Shown here piece after piece: positions 12,901 through 27,900 of a stretch of 60,000 bases of DNA. The notes under the pieces are model-generated. The model saw only the letters and a list, made by a program, of their open reading frames with translations. It was not told the DNA's origin and made no database searches. The stretch's first letter is position 1. Every line of letters begins with the position of its first letter. The position numbers and the translations under genes are program-made. The stretch comes from Laetmonice hystrix (taxonomy: Eukaryota). The DNA is taken from NCBI GenBank assembly GCA_965235115.1, contig OZ249436.1, forward strand, positions 13,828,001 to 13,888,000. Reading direction: 5' to 3'.

Positions 12901-15900
12901 TAAAACTGCCTTAGACGCACTGCTGTGTAATCCACTGATCGATCGTCGGGTTGTATTTATCATCAGACTGTTTGGAATAAACCGAATGCACTGTCTATCG
13001 ACTGAGTAGATATCCTAGCCGCCAGGTTGGCTTGTCTTCGTACCAGTACAACTGCCACCAGTGGGTTTTTTTTACCGGCTTTTAGGAACTGTCAATTTGG
13101 GACGCGTAAAATGGCTTCTGGCGTTGTGACGACATCAACCGTGCAATTAATCTTAGACAACAAATAAAGAATAAAAAATAAAAAACATCCAGTCTGTAGT
13201 ACAAAATTTCCAGATGTGCGCCATTTGAGCGGGAGCTAGAAACAGTTGATGGTTAGCTTCAGAGGCCAAGCTTTAGCTAGTACATGTGTATATGTATATA
13301 TTAGGGTGAATGGTCCAGACAACCCCCACCTTTATAGTCAGCAAATATTAGGGTACCTTCGCGGTACCTTTGCCTTTATTCTCTAGACACAGGACGGCCC
13401 TTGTCACATGAGACGTTGTCTGTCATCGCAGACAAAGGTCCAAAGGCCGTGTATCGTTTGTGTTAAAGGCCGGGTATCCTTTGTGTTAAAGGCCGTGTAT
13501 CCTTTGTGTTAAAAGCCGTGTATCCTCTGTGTTATACTCGCCATCCCTTTGGGTGGTGGGACCCCAGTGAAACCCACACAGCACGTCTCATCCCGTGGGT
13601 GACATTGATTGAATCACGACGGCCCTGCGGTCACGTTACACCGGTCCTGGGTAATATCCTCGAAAACAAGGTTCCATTCATGTGAACGGCATCCTTGATA
13701 AAGACAATACGGGGCAGCCTTCAGGTAACCTTGCAATACGATCCCATGGTGGAAGTTCTCAGTCTATGCTTCCAATCGATATCAAACCAACCGTGCAGTA
13801 TTCTCGTATGAACACCACACGGCTCGTTGGCGGGAATCGGTCGGTTGAGGCCCATGTTTGGGCCCATCCACCCTACCCCAGACACCAGACTCTAACAGCC
13901 CTCAGCCGAGTGCAGGCTGTCTCATTACTGCCATGTCATCCGCACCCCCCCCCCCCCACCATATCAAGCCGGTTTAGTGTTGTTCCCCGCGAAATAACTT
14001 ATACGCGTGGAATTCCCTCTTTCCTAATGTCCGCCATTTTTCATTGACCTTGATTGGAATTTTAATCTTAGTATTATAAACTTGGTGATTGGTGTTATAA
14101 TCTGAATTATGAGAGAGATACGCCTATGAAGCATTAGCCGTTGTAAATACAGACGTTCATGCATGCGCTGTTAAGCGCATTAAATGGACTGGCTGGACTA
14201 CTGTCCAGGCAGAGCATTAGAAACGCCATCTAAAAGAGATCTTCCTAAGAAAAAGGTACAAGGTATTACATGCAGATGGTTTCTGAACTGACATTTTAAA
14301 ATGTCGATATTGGAAGTCTGGCGCTTTATTTAGGAACGCCTTTATACAGCATAATATTCTATATTGATTTTTGTCCTCCCCCGGTGAAGGGTTGAAATGG
14401 TTCATTTTCTCGCACCTGAATGAAGGAATAGTGACATTTTATACGTATTTAATGTGAATTCTGCGATAGCTAGAAACAGCTGATTTGTATAAATATTCTA
14501 CCAAGGTGGTACATGCGAATATTAGGATGTAAGGCTGATGATAATTGAACTCCTTTGAATTAAAAGATATGCACCGGGTTGAGTAAATATTAAATTTATG
14601 TATAAGACTTATAATGGTAATACAGTAGTAGTTGAGAAACGTATACCGGCCAAAGGTAAAAAAAACCTGTCTGTAATGGTTGTTGTCCCACTGAATCTCG
14701 CTATACATCTATACCCAAGCCTTCAGACCGTCTCTATTAAAATCAGCTTTCGTTTTATCCTCATAATTGAAAATTCATGCATATACAGGGTGCCCCCCCC
14801 CCCCCCCCCCCAAAAAAAATGTCCACGCCAAACCAGGAAACCTACGAATCTATGTTCCCCGGATCCTGATCTTCTTACATTTTCATCAAAATCAGTCAAG
14901 CGAATAAAAAGTTATGCCATTGTTAGTGGAGTAAAGTCATACCCTAGTTCATTAGCCAGATCTCATTATCTGACAGCTACAACTGGGAACTGTAAAAAGA
15001 GACAAATACTTCGTTCGACCAAAAACGGCATAACTTTTGATTTGCTTGACTGATTTTGATGAATCAAGGACTATTTTTCATGTAGGAAGATTCCCTATCA
15101 GGATCTGGGGAACACATCCGGAGATACCGCTGGACCCAGGATGCAAAACACGCAAGTAAAGGCTAACCTCAACAGGGCAAAAACTAATCTGAAATGGCAC
15201 CGCCCCCATTCCCTCAAGTCCTCAGGCAGTTGCTGCACCTTTGGACCGGCCAGCCTGTCCAGCCCTGCCGGTTATTGGGGTTACCTTCATGAGTCGTAAT
15301 CATGGCCAGCGGCTCCTATGGACCCCCCCCCCCCCCAACTTGTATCCGGCAGGCTCACAGCGGTTTCCATACCATCAGCTAGCTCTCTGATAAAACCATT
15401 GCCTGACTTTATCTTGAAAGATGGAAACCCGCCATAGATTTTCCCGCCTAGAATCAATATGCTTTGACTAATTTTGTTTTATTATTTTGTTTCTCTTTAC
15501 TGTTGGGATAGGTCTATTAAATGTAGCTGATATTTCTGAAGACGGTATTTTTTACATTTTGATTCTTTGCTCGAGCTGTTATAAAAGTAAGTCAATACAG
15601 TAAGTCAATACAGTGTGGCTGTATGCACCTTCCATAATCATTTTGCATGATATGATAAATAAATAAATATACAAATATTAGAATTTAGATCATTGCTAAC
15701 AGCACGTTCATGCTTGTGAAACATAATGATGATAAATTCGTGAAGTGAAGTTTTCCATGTACTGATATTATCGCAACTCTAGTATAAGGTGTCATATCGG
15801 CATTTTCATAACACATCAGCATTCTCTATTGTAATCTACCTTCCAGAAGGGAATTCGTATTTGATACAGTTGCCGTCCTGAAATGAGTTCATCATCGCCA

Positions 15901-18900
15901 ATTAAGACTTTGGTCAAGTGGGTGGACACGGTAAATCGGGTTAGCAGTAGTTTTAACGCCTGCTATACTGATCGGGCGTGTGGCCCGGCGGGCGGCGGTA
16001 GGGTGGGGGGTTGATCCGATGTCTGCAAGCCCTCGATACGACCTACCTTCCATCCCTACGACCACTATCAATAATGGCACCCGTTGTAAACCTATCGATT
16101 AGCCAAGTCAGCCTCAGTTACACGCAGTATTAATAGCCGTCACAGACCCTATAAATTAGATAGGACATCAGCAGACAGGAAGGGTGCCGTCTGCTGACTA
16201 GGGCCATGGCCTCTGACTAAGACAGAATCATTACATGCAAGGCGTTTTTTATGGTCATGATAGCGGGTTTATTTCCTCATGTTTTAGCCGCATGGCGCAC
16301 TACTCTACAGGGTGAGTCAGAAAAACTATACTCACAAATAGGGTGATGAATAAAAGATTTGGCAAAATCAAGACAATGTAGTAATTGGTATAGAAAGAGT
16401 AACTCTTGTGCCTCAATCTGGTGGTTGATTCGCTCAGATGCGACCAATAATAAATTGCTTTTCATTACTTCCATCATGCTTTGTTTGAATTGAAAAGGCC
16501 GAGTCTCACTTGGCGCAAGTGGTATTTTAAGGGCTTTTGAAAAATGGCAAGTATTTCTTTATTACTGGTCACATCATCGCCTCTTGAAGCACAAGAGTTA
16601 CTCTTTCTGCCCCAATTACAACATTGTCCAGATTTTGCAAAATCTCTGATTCATCACCCTATTTGTGAGTGTATAGTTTATTTTGACTCACCCTGTAGTG
16701 CTCATTCGGCGACAGAATTTTTGATCGTGTACAACATGGACAGCATGTTTTTCATGGTATTTTCGGGTGTTCCATGGAAAACAATCATGTGTGTCCATCT
16801 TCGTTAAAAGTGTTGTGAATTATTGTTCGAGTGACACGGATCAGCGTCAGGATAAGAGTGATGTTTACTGGACGGAAACATCTTTACTGACCTCCTGGGT
16901 TGATAACATACATGTGTATCGCCATTTAAATGAAAGGATGAGAAACAACTAATCATAAGACAAGGGTCTGTGTCAATAAGTCAGAGGGACATTTCATGGC
17001 TGCCACGCATTATAATGAAATAGCATTGTTCCCAACAAAAACGAAAAATTTAAAAAAAAGAGAGAAAGAAACAGGGCTGCGTGGCATGGCGAGAACTGGC
17101 GAGCAATCGTCATGGAAACTGCTGTCGCTAACATAGTTCTCGGAATGCATCTTTCTCTGATTGCTAAGACGTGCAAAAAGGCGAGAAAATGAAGAACGGT
17201 GCGTAATTGATTTCCCAATGCGCAGAGAAACGATTATAACGCCAACACATGGCTGGTATTAAATACACCCCCCGCTGAGTGTCTGAAAGCATGCGATATC
17301 AATAGCGGTCGATCGAGCATTGCTTATTACAATGTTCGGGCGTCGGTCGTGTAAGGATACTTCAAGGGTGTTTAGTACAGGCCCGCCGGTGGAGCACGCC
17401 ATATTACTGCCCGCCACTGATGTAGTCCTTTGCGGTGGCCAGACCCGATGACCCTTCTGCTGTGAACTTTCGTGAACTTCAACATTTTCGTAAGCCCCCG
17501 GAGGTGGAGTTCACACGAGCCTGTGAACATATTCCATGATTTCAACCCAATAGATCCAGTGAAAGAGTTAATGCCCTTTCGGTTATAATAATACGAAGAG
17601 GCTAATGCTCTTCCAATGTAATTCTTTTAACAAAATATGGTCTGTGGTTTTCTTTCACCGTCGCCATTCCTTAATTTATTGTTCGTTGGATCGTCACCTT
17701 AAATGAGTAAACGGCTATAATAAAAGGTATACGAATAACGTGCATATTATTTGAAATAAAATTTTGTAATATTTTCTTGTTGAATGCTGAAAGTTTTAGG
17801 GGTGTCTCAACATGTTCTATTCACGTAGCTCGTTCAGGTATAGGCATTATGTCGTTCTCATTTCATGAACGTGACGATCTGAAATACCAGACTATCCCAC
17901 GCACAATCTGGCAACAGATACAGTATGCTATGAATATTCGAGGAGTTATAAGAAGCGGGAGTTTAAAGGCAAGGCGTGACGAGCACTGGGCAGACGAGTC
18001 GGTAAGATGCCACGCGATACACACATTTCAGAATAGCTTCGCAGCTTCTACAGCCACGTTTCCCTGCAATAATTGTCGGGGCTTCAGGCAGGGATATCTT
18101 TCCCGATGATTGGCCATATGCAATAATACAATCTAAATAACCAGCAGAGAACATTGCGGCAGTGAGATAAACCAGGCAATGGATGCCAACCGCTCACCAT
18201 TCAGCTATCTCCTCATTCGCAAACAATGAGTCTGGCGAGGGCCGACCGCTGCGCATCCCAGCGCCCATTATTGGTAAGCCACAGGACCCGGGACAGTCAT
18301 GTGACCATTCTGAATGGTGCCGATTATTGAGTACCAGAAGTAAGTCTATCATAACATAGCTAACAGACAGCAAACCACCACGTACACACACCACCACAGG
18401 CGCGCTTCTACCCCGCCTTTCAATTTCCTCGCCGTACTCATGATATATTATGACGTGGAAAAAAGTGTTTGGGGATTTGGCGCCAATGTCTTGTCAATAA
18501 CCAGTCTGCTCGATCCTCAGCCACGACGTGCAAGTTCTACATTCGGAATACCCTTTAGCTACTTACATTTATTTCTACCAGAACGTTTTCGATAATCACG
18601 AACTTGCTTCTGAAATAGCTTCGTTGAGGTGTTTTGGATTGTGCAAAACAAAAACACCTCTGAGTGCGATAGATGGGGTTCTCAGTCACGTCAATAAATT
18701 GTTTTGGTTCTAGTATCTTCGTGTCGACAGGTTTAAATGGGCTCAACTGTCTCACTGTCATGACATCTGTCTCTTTCTCTCTGTCTCGCACATGTTCGTT
18801 GTTGTTTTACTCTGTTCTGTATTATAAAGACACTTTGTTATCTTTATTGAATGGGTGATCAATTTCTGCGAGAGTCTCTGTACTGAATGTGTTTAATCTT

Positions 18901-21900
18901 CATCATGTGTCTCTTCATCATGTGTCTGACCAATGGGTCAAAAAACCGACACGGCATTCCAGCATTTCCTGTTGTCACGGTTTAACGGAGACAGATGTTT
19001 GCACTTGTCGAGCTGGTGACGTGAGTGACAAGATGCGGTGATGTTGAAAAAAAACCCATTAAATTCTGCAACATGTTCATTAGTTGCAAGGGCACTGCAT
19101 GGCGGTGAAGTGCCCGTATTGACTGCAATTAATGCGGAAAGCTTGCTGTGGAATTTCGTCTCGCTTGGCGGTTGACCTCGGAGGTGAATTTTTACCCCTC
19201 TGTATTTGGCAACAGCCGATTCGGTTAGAGCGTGAGTAGTGCAGGCAAATGGCTTCTTGTCTGTCCTCTAGTGACATCACAAAGGCAAATCGGAAACACG
19301 CAAAGCTCCCGCCAAAGTGGCACGGAGTGTTTTTATGTGCCAGGTTTCGATGATATCCTCAACGAGGTCTGCCCATATTGTCCTGGGACACACAGATTGC
19401 CAGCGGCAAGTAGAACGAGGCACACGGTGACGGGAGAGACAAGCAGTTGCTAATGTCGACTTCGACCCGGAATACAGCGCCACCGAGAGTAATGAAAGGA
19501 ATAGGTGTGCCGGGTAGTGGATGTATTCTCCTTGGATGGCGGTCGATGACAACACCGTAGATCTATACACATCGAGGCAGGACCCGTGACAATTACAAAC
19601 AGAAGTCGATAATACCTCTTCAGTACAACGTCAATAGAAAACGTTTTCAGCATTCTTTGCTGTTTATATTTTCTCGCCTGTATTGTTACTCATATTTTTT
19701 ATTATTACCCCCACCTCAATTCTCTTGGGGTTGAGGTCAAAAGGTACCACGTTGGCCCCATTCTGTGCCAGTGGATGCTGTATTTTGTCACACGACATCA
19801 GAATTATAATCGAGGAAGACCTGTGTGACATAATTCCACATTGCTGCCCGTCAGTGATATAACATTGGTACTGCCAGACGACAGCCAAATCTAACTGTCC
19901 AGTGTCCGGGGGCGGATCCAGACGCTATTTGTGACCAGTTCACACCAGCTAAGTGAGGGGTCCTGTCCGGGAGACAGCGATGTACCACTTAAAATTTAAT
20001 TTTTTAAAACCCTGAATGCCTGATCAGTTCACGTAACCGGTGTGAACCGGTCTGCGCCTGAGTGTCCACAACCCATCTCTAGACTATGCCATGAACAATA
20101 TTGGGCACATCAACATCGTTTTGTCCCAGGTAGGGACCACGACGCCAGACGACAATGTGTTGTTATTCAGTGAACTCTCTCGGTTTGCCAGGTCATCCGA
20201 TCCAGACTTTAGTAACGTCTAAACGAGGAGGACCGACTATGGTACTTATAAACCCTTGCCACGTGTCGAATAGAATCGCTCAAACATATGTAACATATCG
20301 ACAATTTGGTGCTGGTTAGGCCGTGCCATGTTAGGGCGTCTTCCCGACATGCTGAGCTTATCCTGGTCTGAAGTGGATTCCATTAGTTAGCAGGGGGTCG
20401 AGTGGCACTCAAGGTTCGCATTTAACGTAGCCAAACACTGAGAGATCTGCGGCTCAAGTAATGGGGAACATACAGTGCTGCCGGGTGCACCCCAGTCGGC
20501 TTCAATCAATTTGCAGTCGAAGAATCCTTCCGTCAAATCTTAACTCCGCAAGTATTGCAATATGACACATAACAATTAAAAAGTTGTCTTCCCATGTAAT
20601 GAGAGTTCCCTAGTCTGTTAAGTGGCACCAAAACCTATAGATGTCGAGCCTGCGAAATAATATTCATGCTGCCCTGTGTATAGATCTAAAGGGGCCAAAT
20701 CTACGATTATGCATTTGGACACTGCATGGCCTGACGCAGGTCTTGTCCGACTCACTCCAAAGGTATAGTTTAAGCCTGTCGTTTGCTTAGATTCATAAGA
20801 GATTTTTATTAAAATCATTTGAAGATACTCCTCTTAAACTCCTTACGATAACCGCTAAATCAATGTGGGATTCCGTACATTATAAAAGGAACAGTCTGAG
20901 GAACATGAATTAATACCCTTTGATCTTCGGCAATGCTTGAAGTGAAGCCATATATCATTTGAAACGACATTTCTTTAATTGGTGCATAGCATAAGTCAAA
21001 ACCACACTTGGATAAAACTTCAAACGGTTACCAGCAAGATAAAGTACCTGTGCGCGGCAGTTTGCCTTGTTGCACTCCAGGATCGTGACGCAACTTGTAA
21101 GGCACTGTTCACCTGTATGTAGGATACCGGTTTCTGCGCCGCCTCGTAGAGTTTCTGAAAATAGGTCTTAAAACTGGGCCTCCACTTTCTGTTGGTGAGG
21201 TGCGGTTAACGTTTCGGAGCTGGTGGAGACAGCAGCGGGCTTTGGCTGCACAGACTTCGCGTTTGGCATTTTTCAGTGAAGATGAATGAAGCCCCTTGGC
21301 TAAGTATTATAGGTTATGGGGAAGGAATTCTCCCGAGCGGCCTCGAAGCTTCCAAGTTCTGCAAAATGCAGAGCTTCAATGCCAATCGTATAGTACTAAC
21401 ACTTGTGGTGTACAGAGCCCACAGTACAGCAGATCTGTGAAACCATCTTGTAGAAGAGGCGGGGAATAGGTATCTTTACTTGTATAATATGGTCCTAGCT
21501 ACCAGCTTGGTGCTGTAATAACTTCTTCATGGAAAGTAAGATATGGTATGAAGAACTGGCACATTTTCTATAGTCTTCTCCAGCGTGTTTGTAATAGTTA
21601 AACATTTATATCGGATTTAAAGAGAAACTTTACGAAGTACCTACTTAATCGGACCTGCCCGAAAAACACGTGTCGGGTGTTTCAATGTACGCTTCTTACG
21701 GCGAGACAGCCCTGGCCAAAACATATTGCATGTAATGGCACAGCACCGCTTATCTATTGGTGCTGAGGGTCAGAGACAGGAGGTTCATTTACACGTTGGT
21801 CATGAAGTTCAGGAACCTTTACTTGAGAACAGGGTACCTTGACTTTCTCTGATGTGCCGTAGGCGGGAGGCTGGGGCCTGTACAGGATTCCATGGGCCTA

Positions 21901-24900
21901 CAGCCTCCGCGCCCCTGTAGTATCGTTTTCATGAGAAGGTTTCAACTTGCAGGATGCCATCTACCTCTCGGAGGTAGAGCAGTGGCGAGTTTCACTTGCA
22001 CTCAGTATACCTCCCGGGAGACGTGGAGGTGTTAGGGTGGCGGCTCTCTTTTTGTCCCGATCCCCAGGGAAATGATCGCGCGCCGTACACCTCACATTTA
22101 CACTGAGATTGATGTTGTTGGTGTGTGTGTGGGGGGGGGGGGGGAGGCACAAAAAAAGAGGAGCATACTTGTAAAGGACGTTATTTCGGTTTGTTTTCAA
22201 AGAACATTGAAATCGGACACGTTCGCTTTTTTTGCTGAATTCCCAGGTCATGCTGGTACAGTTATAGACCTTAAACATAATTCTCCTTATGCTGTATAAT
22301 ATACAATAAAATGAAAACCTGAAATAATTCAGATTAGTGCATGCTTCAAGCACTTATAAAGTATACCTGAGGACACAAATAGTTAGTTACGGACAATAGT
22401 GTTCATGTCAACTACATGTAGAAGGTGTTATTGGTCCAAGGGCCACGTCTTCTAGTTTGTGGGTTGGTCGTATCGGTTTTACCATACTTCAGACTGCTTT
22501 CGGTGTTAAGATCGTTTCTAAACGCACTTGATTCAGAACGGTGTTGGTACATCAGACAGACAGACAGGCAGACAGATAGACAGACCAAGGCCGCGGGTGC
22601 ATGGTCGAACTCAAGATGCCTGCTACAAGCGGGCATCATCATCTGTGAGTGCACTGACCAGTCTCCAGTATCAGCAGCTTTGATATGTGAATAAGATACA
22701 CCCCAACCTAATAGGTCGGATAGTATTTCAGTTCAATGGTTTCAATTTAGATTTGACTAGAAGTGGATTATTTGTAATAATATTATGGTGAACTTGTTCA
22801 ATACAGCAGGCGCTGTCAACCTAATTAAATACGGACCTCACGGAACATAGCATGCCAATCCGTTTATTCCTGCTGTCGTAATACAGGAATTTCCTCCATT
22901 AAATGGCAAAAGATAAACTTCTTAAATTTGCATCAAATCATGCGATTAAAATAGGGAGGATTATTAGAGTGGTTGGTATTATGGTTTGACCACGTTCCGT
23001 GCAGGCTCCGTTAATAACACGGCATGGTCACCTGAAATGATGATCATGGCCCTTATATCCTTACATGAGGCTCACCCCCCCCCCCCCTCCCCTCCCCCGA
23101 GTCTCGCCTTTTCTCCTGTCGTGGCGAGTTGCCAGCAGACGGCAGGCCGAGTGCTCGAGACAGTACACGGGGCACGCCTTCCGTCGTTAACACAGATGTC
23201 AAAGAAATGTCTCTTCATCCATCTGTACCTCCATTTGGTAAACAGGCCATTTTGGATGGTGGATGCGGGGATTCCCGCTCAATTTACCAACTCTTTGGTC
23301 AATCCAGTCCCATCTGCCGGTGGGCTGTTGGAGCCGAACGATGGGTGGTAACGAGGACAGTTGTAGGTGGCGCTGTTTTGACGTATTGGGGGCAGCAGAC
23401 GACATGTCCGAAAACGTCTCACGTGTGCTGCTAGCTCTTCCGGTCGTTGTCTCTGACTCACACGCGACCCGGAGTATTCAACCTATGCGCATGCTCGTCT
23501 ACTCTTGTATACGACCCTCTTATGCCCCCATTCCACTTAGGCCGATCGGCCCCGATTGGCCCCGATCCCCAGGTCGGGAGCGATCGGGACACTTTGGCCA
23601 AAAAAAGGTCATCTACGCTGTATCCACGTCCTAAGTACGTCTTAAATACGCTCCGATTACGATCAACACGCTGTAACCACGCTCATCGTGGGTAGATCGG
23701 TTCCCTGAAGACCCGATCGAAGCCGTTTGGAGCCGCTGTGTTTCCGCTTGCGTACGCTGTAACCACGCTGCATTCCCGATCGCCGCCGATCGAAAACTGA
23801 TCCAACGCCGATGGTGCCGATCTGTTGCCGTTTCAACTACGTCATTCCCGACCAAACCGATGTAACTACGCTCCATTCCCGTCTTTAACCCGACTAAAAA
23901 GCAGATTTCAGGTCGCGATCCGTATAAACAGGCCCCGATTTGCTACGATCATCAGTATCGTTACACCGGCTTGGATCGGCATTGAAGCGGGACCGATCGG
24001 TAACGATCGTCGTCGAAACGGGACAACATAATCCTCCCGCTGCAACGACGCTGTCATCACGATCAATCCGTTCTAACTACGACCAAGCCGTTCCAAGTAC
24101 GATCATTCCGATCGGACTACGCTGCATTCACGCTGTATTCACGATCAGTTCAGATCGTTCAGATCGTATAGATCGGGACGAAATTTTGAACATGTTCAAA
24201 ATTCCGTCCCGATCTATACGATCTCCCCGACCGACCAGGATCGAAGGAGTTCCATTTACGATCATCCCGATCTGGCCCCGTTTCAAAACCGTTCCAAATA
24301 CGATCGTTCCCGTTCTCCAGATCGGGGTCGATCGGCCTAAGTGGAATGGGGGTATTACTTGCCTCCTCACTTCACAGAATCCGGTTAATATTTATACCCC
24401 TGCGTAAGTATACACGTCAACTGATGAGTGAATTGGCTGGGAAATAACCCCGATTATATCAGGCGCATTATGTGTTGGAAGAAGGTTTTAATCCATAATG
24501 GTATACGGCTCTCCTTAAATTTAGGTATTTTGAATTGAATTGTGCCTATTGTTTACCACTTCATCTAAATGGTTGCGTCATTATGCTAGTATGAGCGGGT
24601 CCAGAATTTACTTCCGGTCTCACCCATGTGGAGGCAGCCATGACAGTCAGTTGCACCGACCTTCCGGAAGTCCAACCGGAAGTCTACCCTTCCCAGAACC
24701 CCAAATATGGGCCTGAACGCGGGCGCTTTCGGAACTGTGCCAGAGTAACCAGCCCAGTGGTTCGAAACTAAATGTAGGGCCTTCCCAAGGAAAGGGTCCG
24801 GCCATTGCGTCAAACTCAAATGAGGAAAACAGATCCCTCGCTAGGGGCTGTGGCTCAGCCATGGGCAGGCCCTTACACCCTGTCCCATCATAGTATGTGT

Positions 24901-27900
24901 AGGGGCTGATACTCGTGTACCTGTCGCTGATGACTACTACCATACATCACATTCATGACCTGTGTATTGTGGTCGTCAAGGTGTAAAATTACCATACACT
25001 GTTCATTTAGTTTTGAACAAAATTTAATGTATAACTTAAGGTGCGGCAGAAGTGTGTCTCTAATCTTTTTTATATATTTGTTTAACATCGTATGAGCATT
25101 GATTAATTTCTTTGTCTGTTCCTTTTCTTGTAGGACGAAAAGAACCAAATTATGAAGTCCAATGTGTGGCTGAGAATGGTAAGTATATGTTTAGTTACAT
25201 TAGTTACATTTCACCGTAAACCCACTAAAGCCAGGTTCCATTTCCAAGCCTGGTGGCCCGCCCACTTTTCAGATCGTTCCGGAGCCACTAGTCTGTGTGG
25301 AATACATGAGCAGACCTAGAGAGGGAAGGTTGTATACAGAACTCCGTACACTCATTGGCCGGAAGTATGGCAAAATGCTCCAATAGCACTTGACAGTAAC
25401 AGGCGAGATGGTCTTTCATTTCGATTTCATCGATCGTGTATTACACCATCCTTGTTCATGCTCTGCAAAAGGTTTTCATTTTGCTACGACCATGTCGAAG
25501 GTACGGGAACGTGTTGGACGTCATCATGCACTCATTTGTCTGGGAGAGGAAGGTGTTTCGGTGCAGATTTCGGTGCAGGATAGACGTCTTTACTGCTGCC
25601 TTCAAACGGTGCACATGGAGGAGGTAGGCCTACCAGCAAACTGGTGACCATGAACAATTATGGGGAAGTGGTCGTCGGAAGAAAACCACACCGGGACAAG
25701 ATCAAGATTCTGGCAGGCAGGTGGTGCCATGACCTGGGACGCAATATTTCCAACAGTAAAAAAGAACATTGACTACAGAACACAGATACTTTCACGACAT
25801 CTTAATTAGTTTAAATGAAATTGAATAAATTATTGGAACACAGTGCTCCAAACTGGACTCTGATGTGCATTTGAATGTTGCAATAGTTCTGGCCAGTGAG
25901 TGTATACCTGTAGATGCTATAGGTACTGGGCCAATATAACAGAATGTCTCAATGATTGGGGTATTACGATATACTCTTTCCCTGTTTCTCCCCTGCTCTA
26001 CTACAATCAATCATACACGGAAGTGGTTTGTGTCCCGGATATGACGTCACTGTCATGTTGAGATGAGGAGTCGTGCCTCAGATGTTCTCTTCCCGACGAC
26101 TCGGTGGGTGATACAGTCATACCTGTGCTATGAAGAGGTCTCCAGCCAGGGTTGACTCACCCCCCCCCCCCCCCCCCCACCGCCCGCCGATCACCGTCAG
26201 AGCGGTGAGGACGGTTGGCCGGCGGCGGCGGCGACAGCAGACCTGCACAGAATGTGTCGGTTGTAGTAAACACCATCGGTCGGCCTCGACTCGATCTATC
26301 ACCCAATCCGGGAGACCGACACGCCAGTGTGGGTGACATACGAGTGGCTGGAGATTGGCAAGGCACTATGAATGACGCCTACTGTTTAGGGCGTATTTTT
26401 GTTAGGGTTACTCTACGCCGCTGTCTTGGACGTAGGCGCACTCATTCAGGCCGTTTCGTTTTGGGCTGACCGTCATTTATTCCTTATATAAAATAATATT
26501 TTGTAGCTAAAATTTGTAAACCTAAGCAAACTTTTTGGCTAAATCTGTGATATGATATCATGTAAATATAAAATACGATATTAAAAATATACTTGTAGTA
26601 AACTATGTTGCAGTAGTCATCAATGATATAATATGTGTTAAACCACACCAGTGCTGTACCTTAGGCAGATGCTGCTGGCACCTCAGTATGCCATGCCAAC
26701 CAAAATAACCGCAACGTTGTACAGTCGCTCGGCATTACACGGACGTTCCAAGCCCTCTTCAGGTACATGTTGCACCAGCCGTGGCTTCAGACCAACTATA
26801 CCCCGTGCTTGGAACGATCGCCCTTAAATCACAAAGTCCGGCTCTATAGTCCTCTACCATTAAGGCCAATCGGTAATTGAAGGCCCTGGGCCGAGCTGAA
26901 TAATAATATTATACGGACATTGCTTCTCAATATGAACTTAACCAAATGTACGTGAAAACAATGCCTTCCCAGGGAAAATTAAGGCGTCTGTGGGAGTCGA
27001 TGGTGGATTAGCATAACTCAATAGTGGTGGCCCATGGGTGCTGGGTCAGGGCAGACGGCGTGTTCCTGGTCCCAGTTGGCCTCCCCGACCAATCTGGTTT
27101 GAACGACTGACATAGAGCAGCCCGGCGCCCAGTAATCACGGTATCCCCGCCCCGTGCACTGACAACGGCACTACCCGGCCCTACCGGCCCTACCGGCCCC
27201 ACCGGCCCCACCGGGGCCGTATACAGCTTTGGTTTCTATACCACCTCAACACCTCTCCTAAAGGTGCCGCATTCTTCTGGCATATTCCTGCATAATGTTG
27301 TGCCATAAACCCCGCCTCCATCAACAGCAGTGCGTCAGAACCAGAAAGGCTTTGTCTGGCAATAAATATGATAAGTGTGTATCTCATTTCGGCCACTTGG
27401 CTCATATACAGTGACGTAAAGACATTCCTGGACTATTTGCTTCCGGATTGAACGCTCCGATTTCCCCAAGTCATATCCAAGCCGGTGTAAATCCCCGTGA
27501 TGAATTAATCTTGTTTTTTAATGAGCGTCTGTTCATGTAGTACGTACATATTATGTAGTATACTGCAGGGCAGGGAGTCTTGGCATACCAAGACACGGGT
27601 AAACGTATTGTTCTGATCCAGTAATTACATGTTTATTGGAAAGATCAGGTGCCATCGATCGCAGCGACATGTAAAAGACAAAAAATGGGATCCAGTAGAC
27701 CTGCAACTATGCGTATAATTTTGGGCCATCGTAAAACAGGCTTTGGGCTTCAATGAGAGTTTGCGTAGGGGAACAGTGACCAGCATGCCACGTGCACCTG
27801 TCAAAGCCCAGTCATTAGGCCGCTTAAATTGCCCCATCCCCCTGGTTGTCATTGTAAATTGTCCAGCGCTTCTTTTTGAAATTGCATGCTCCCTAAAAAG

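Noticed and set aside
20100..21850. Coding-like stretch, possible old element
   Set aside because: The frames I translated are broken and show no recognisable motif, so no call can be supported.
23263..24407. Overlapping ORFs on both strands
   Set aside because: Mostly within a GC-rich non-autonomous Harbinger-type element; no transposase motifs.
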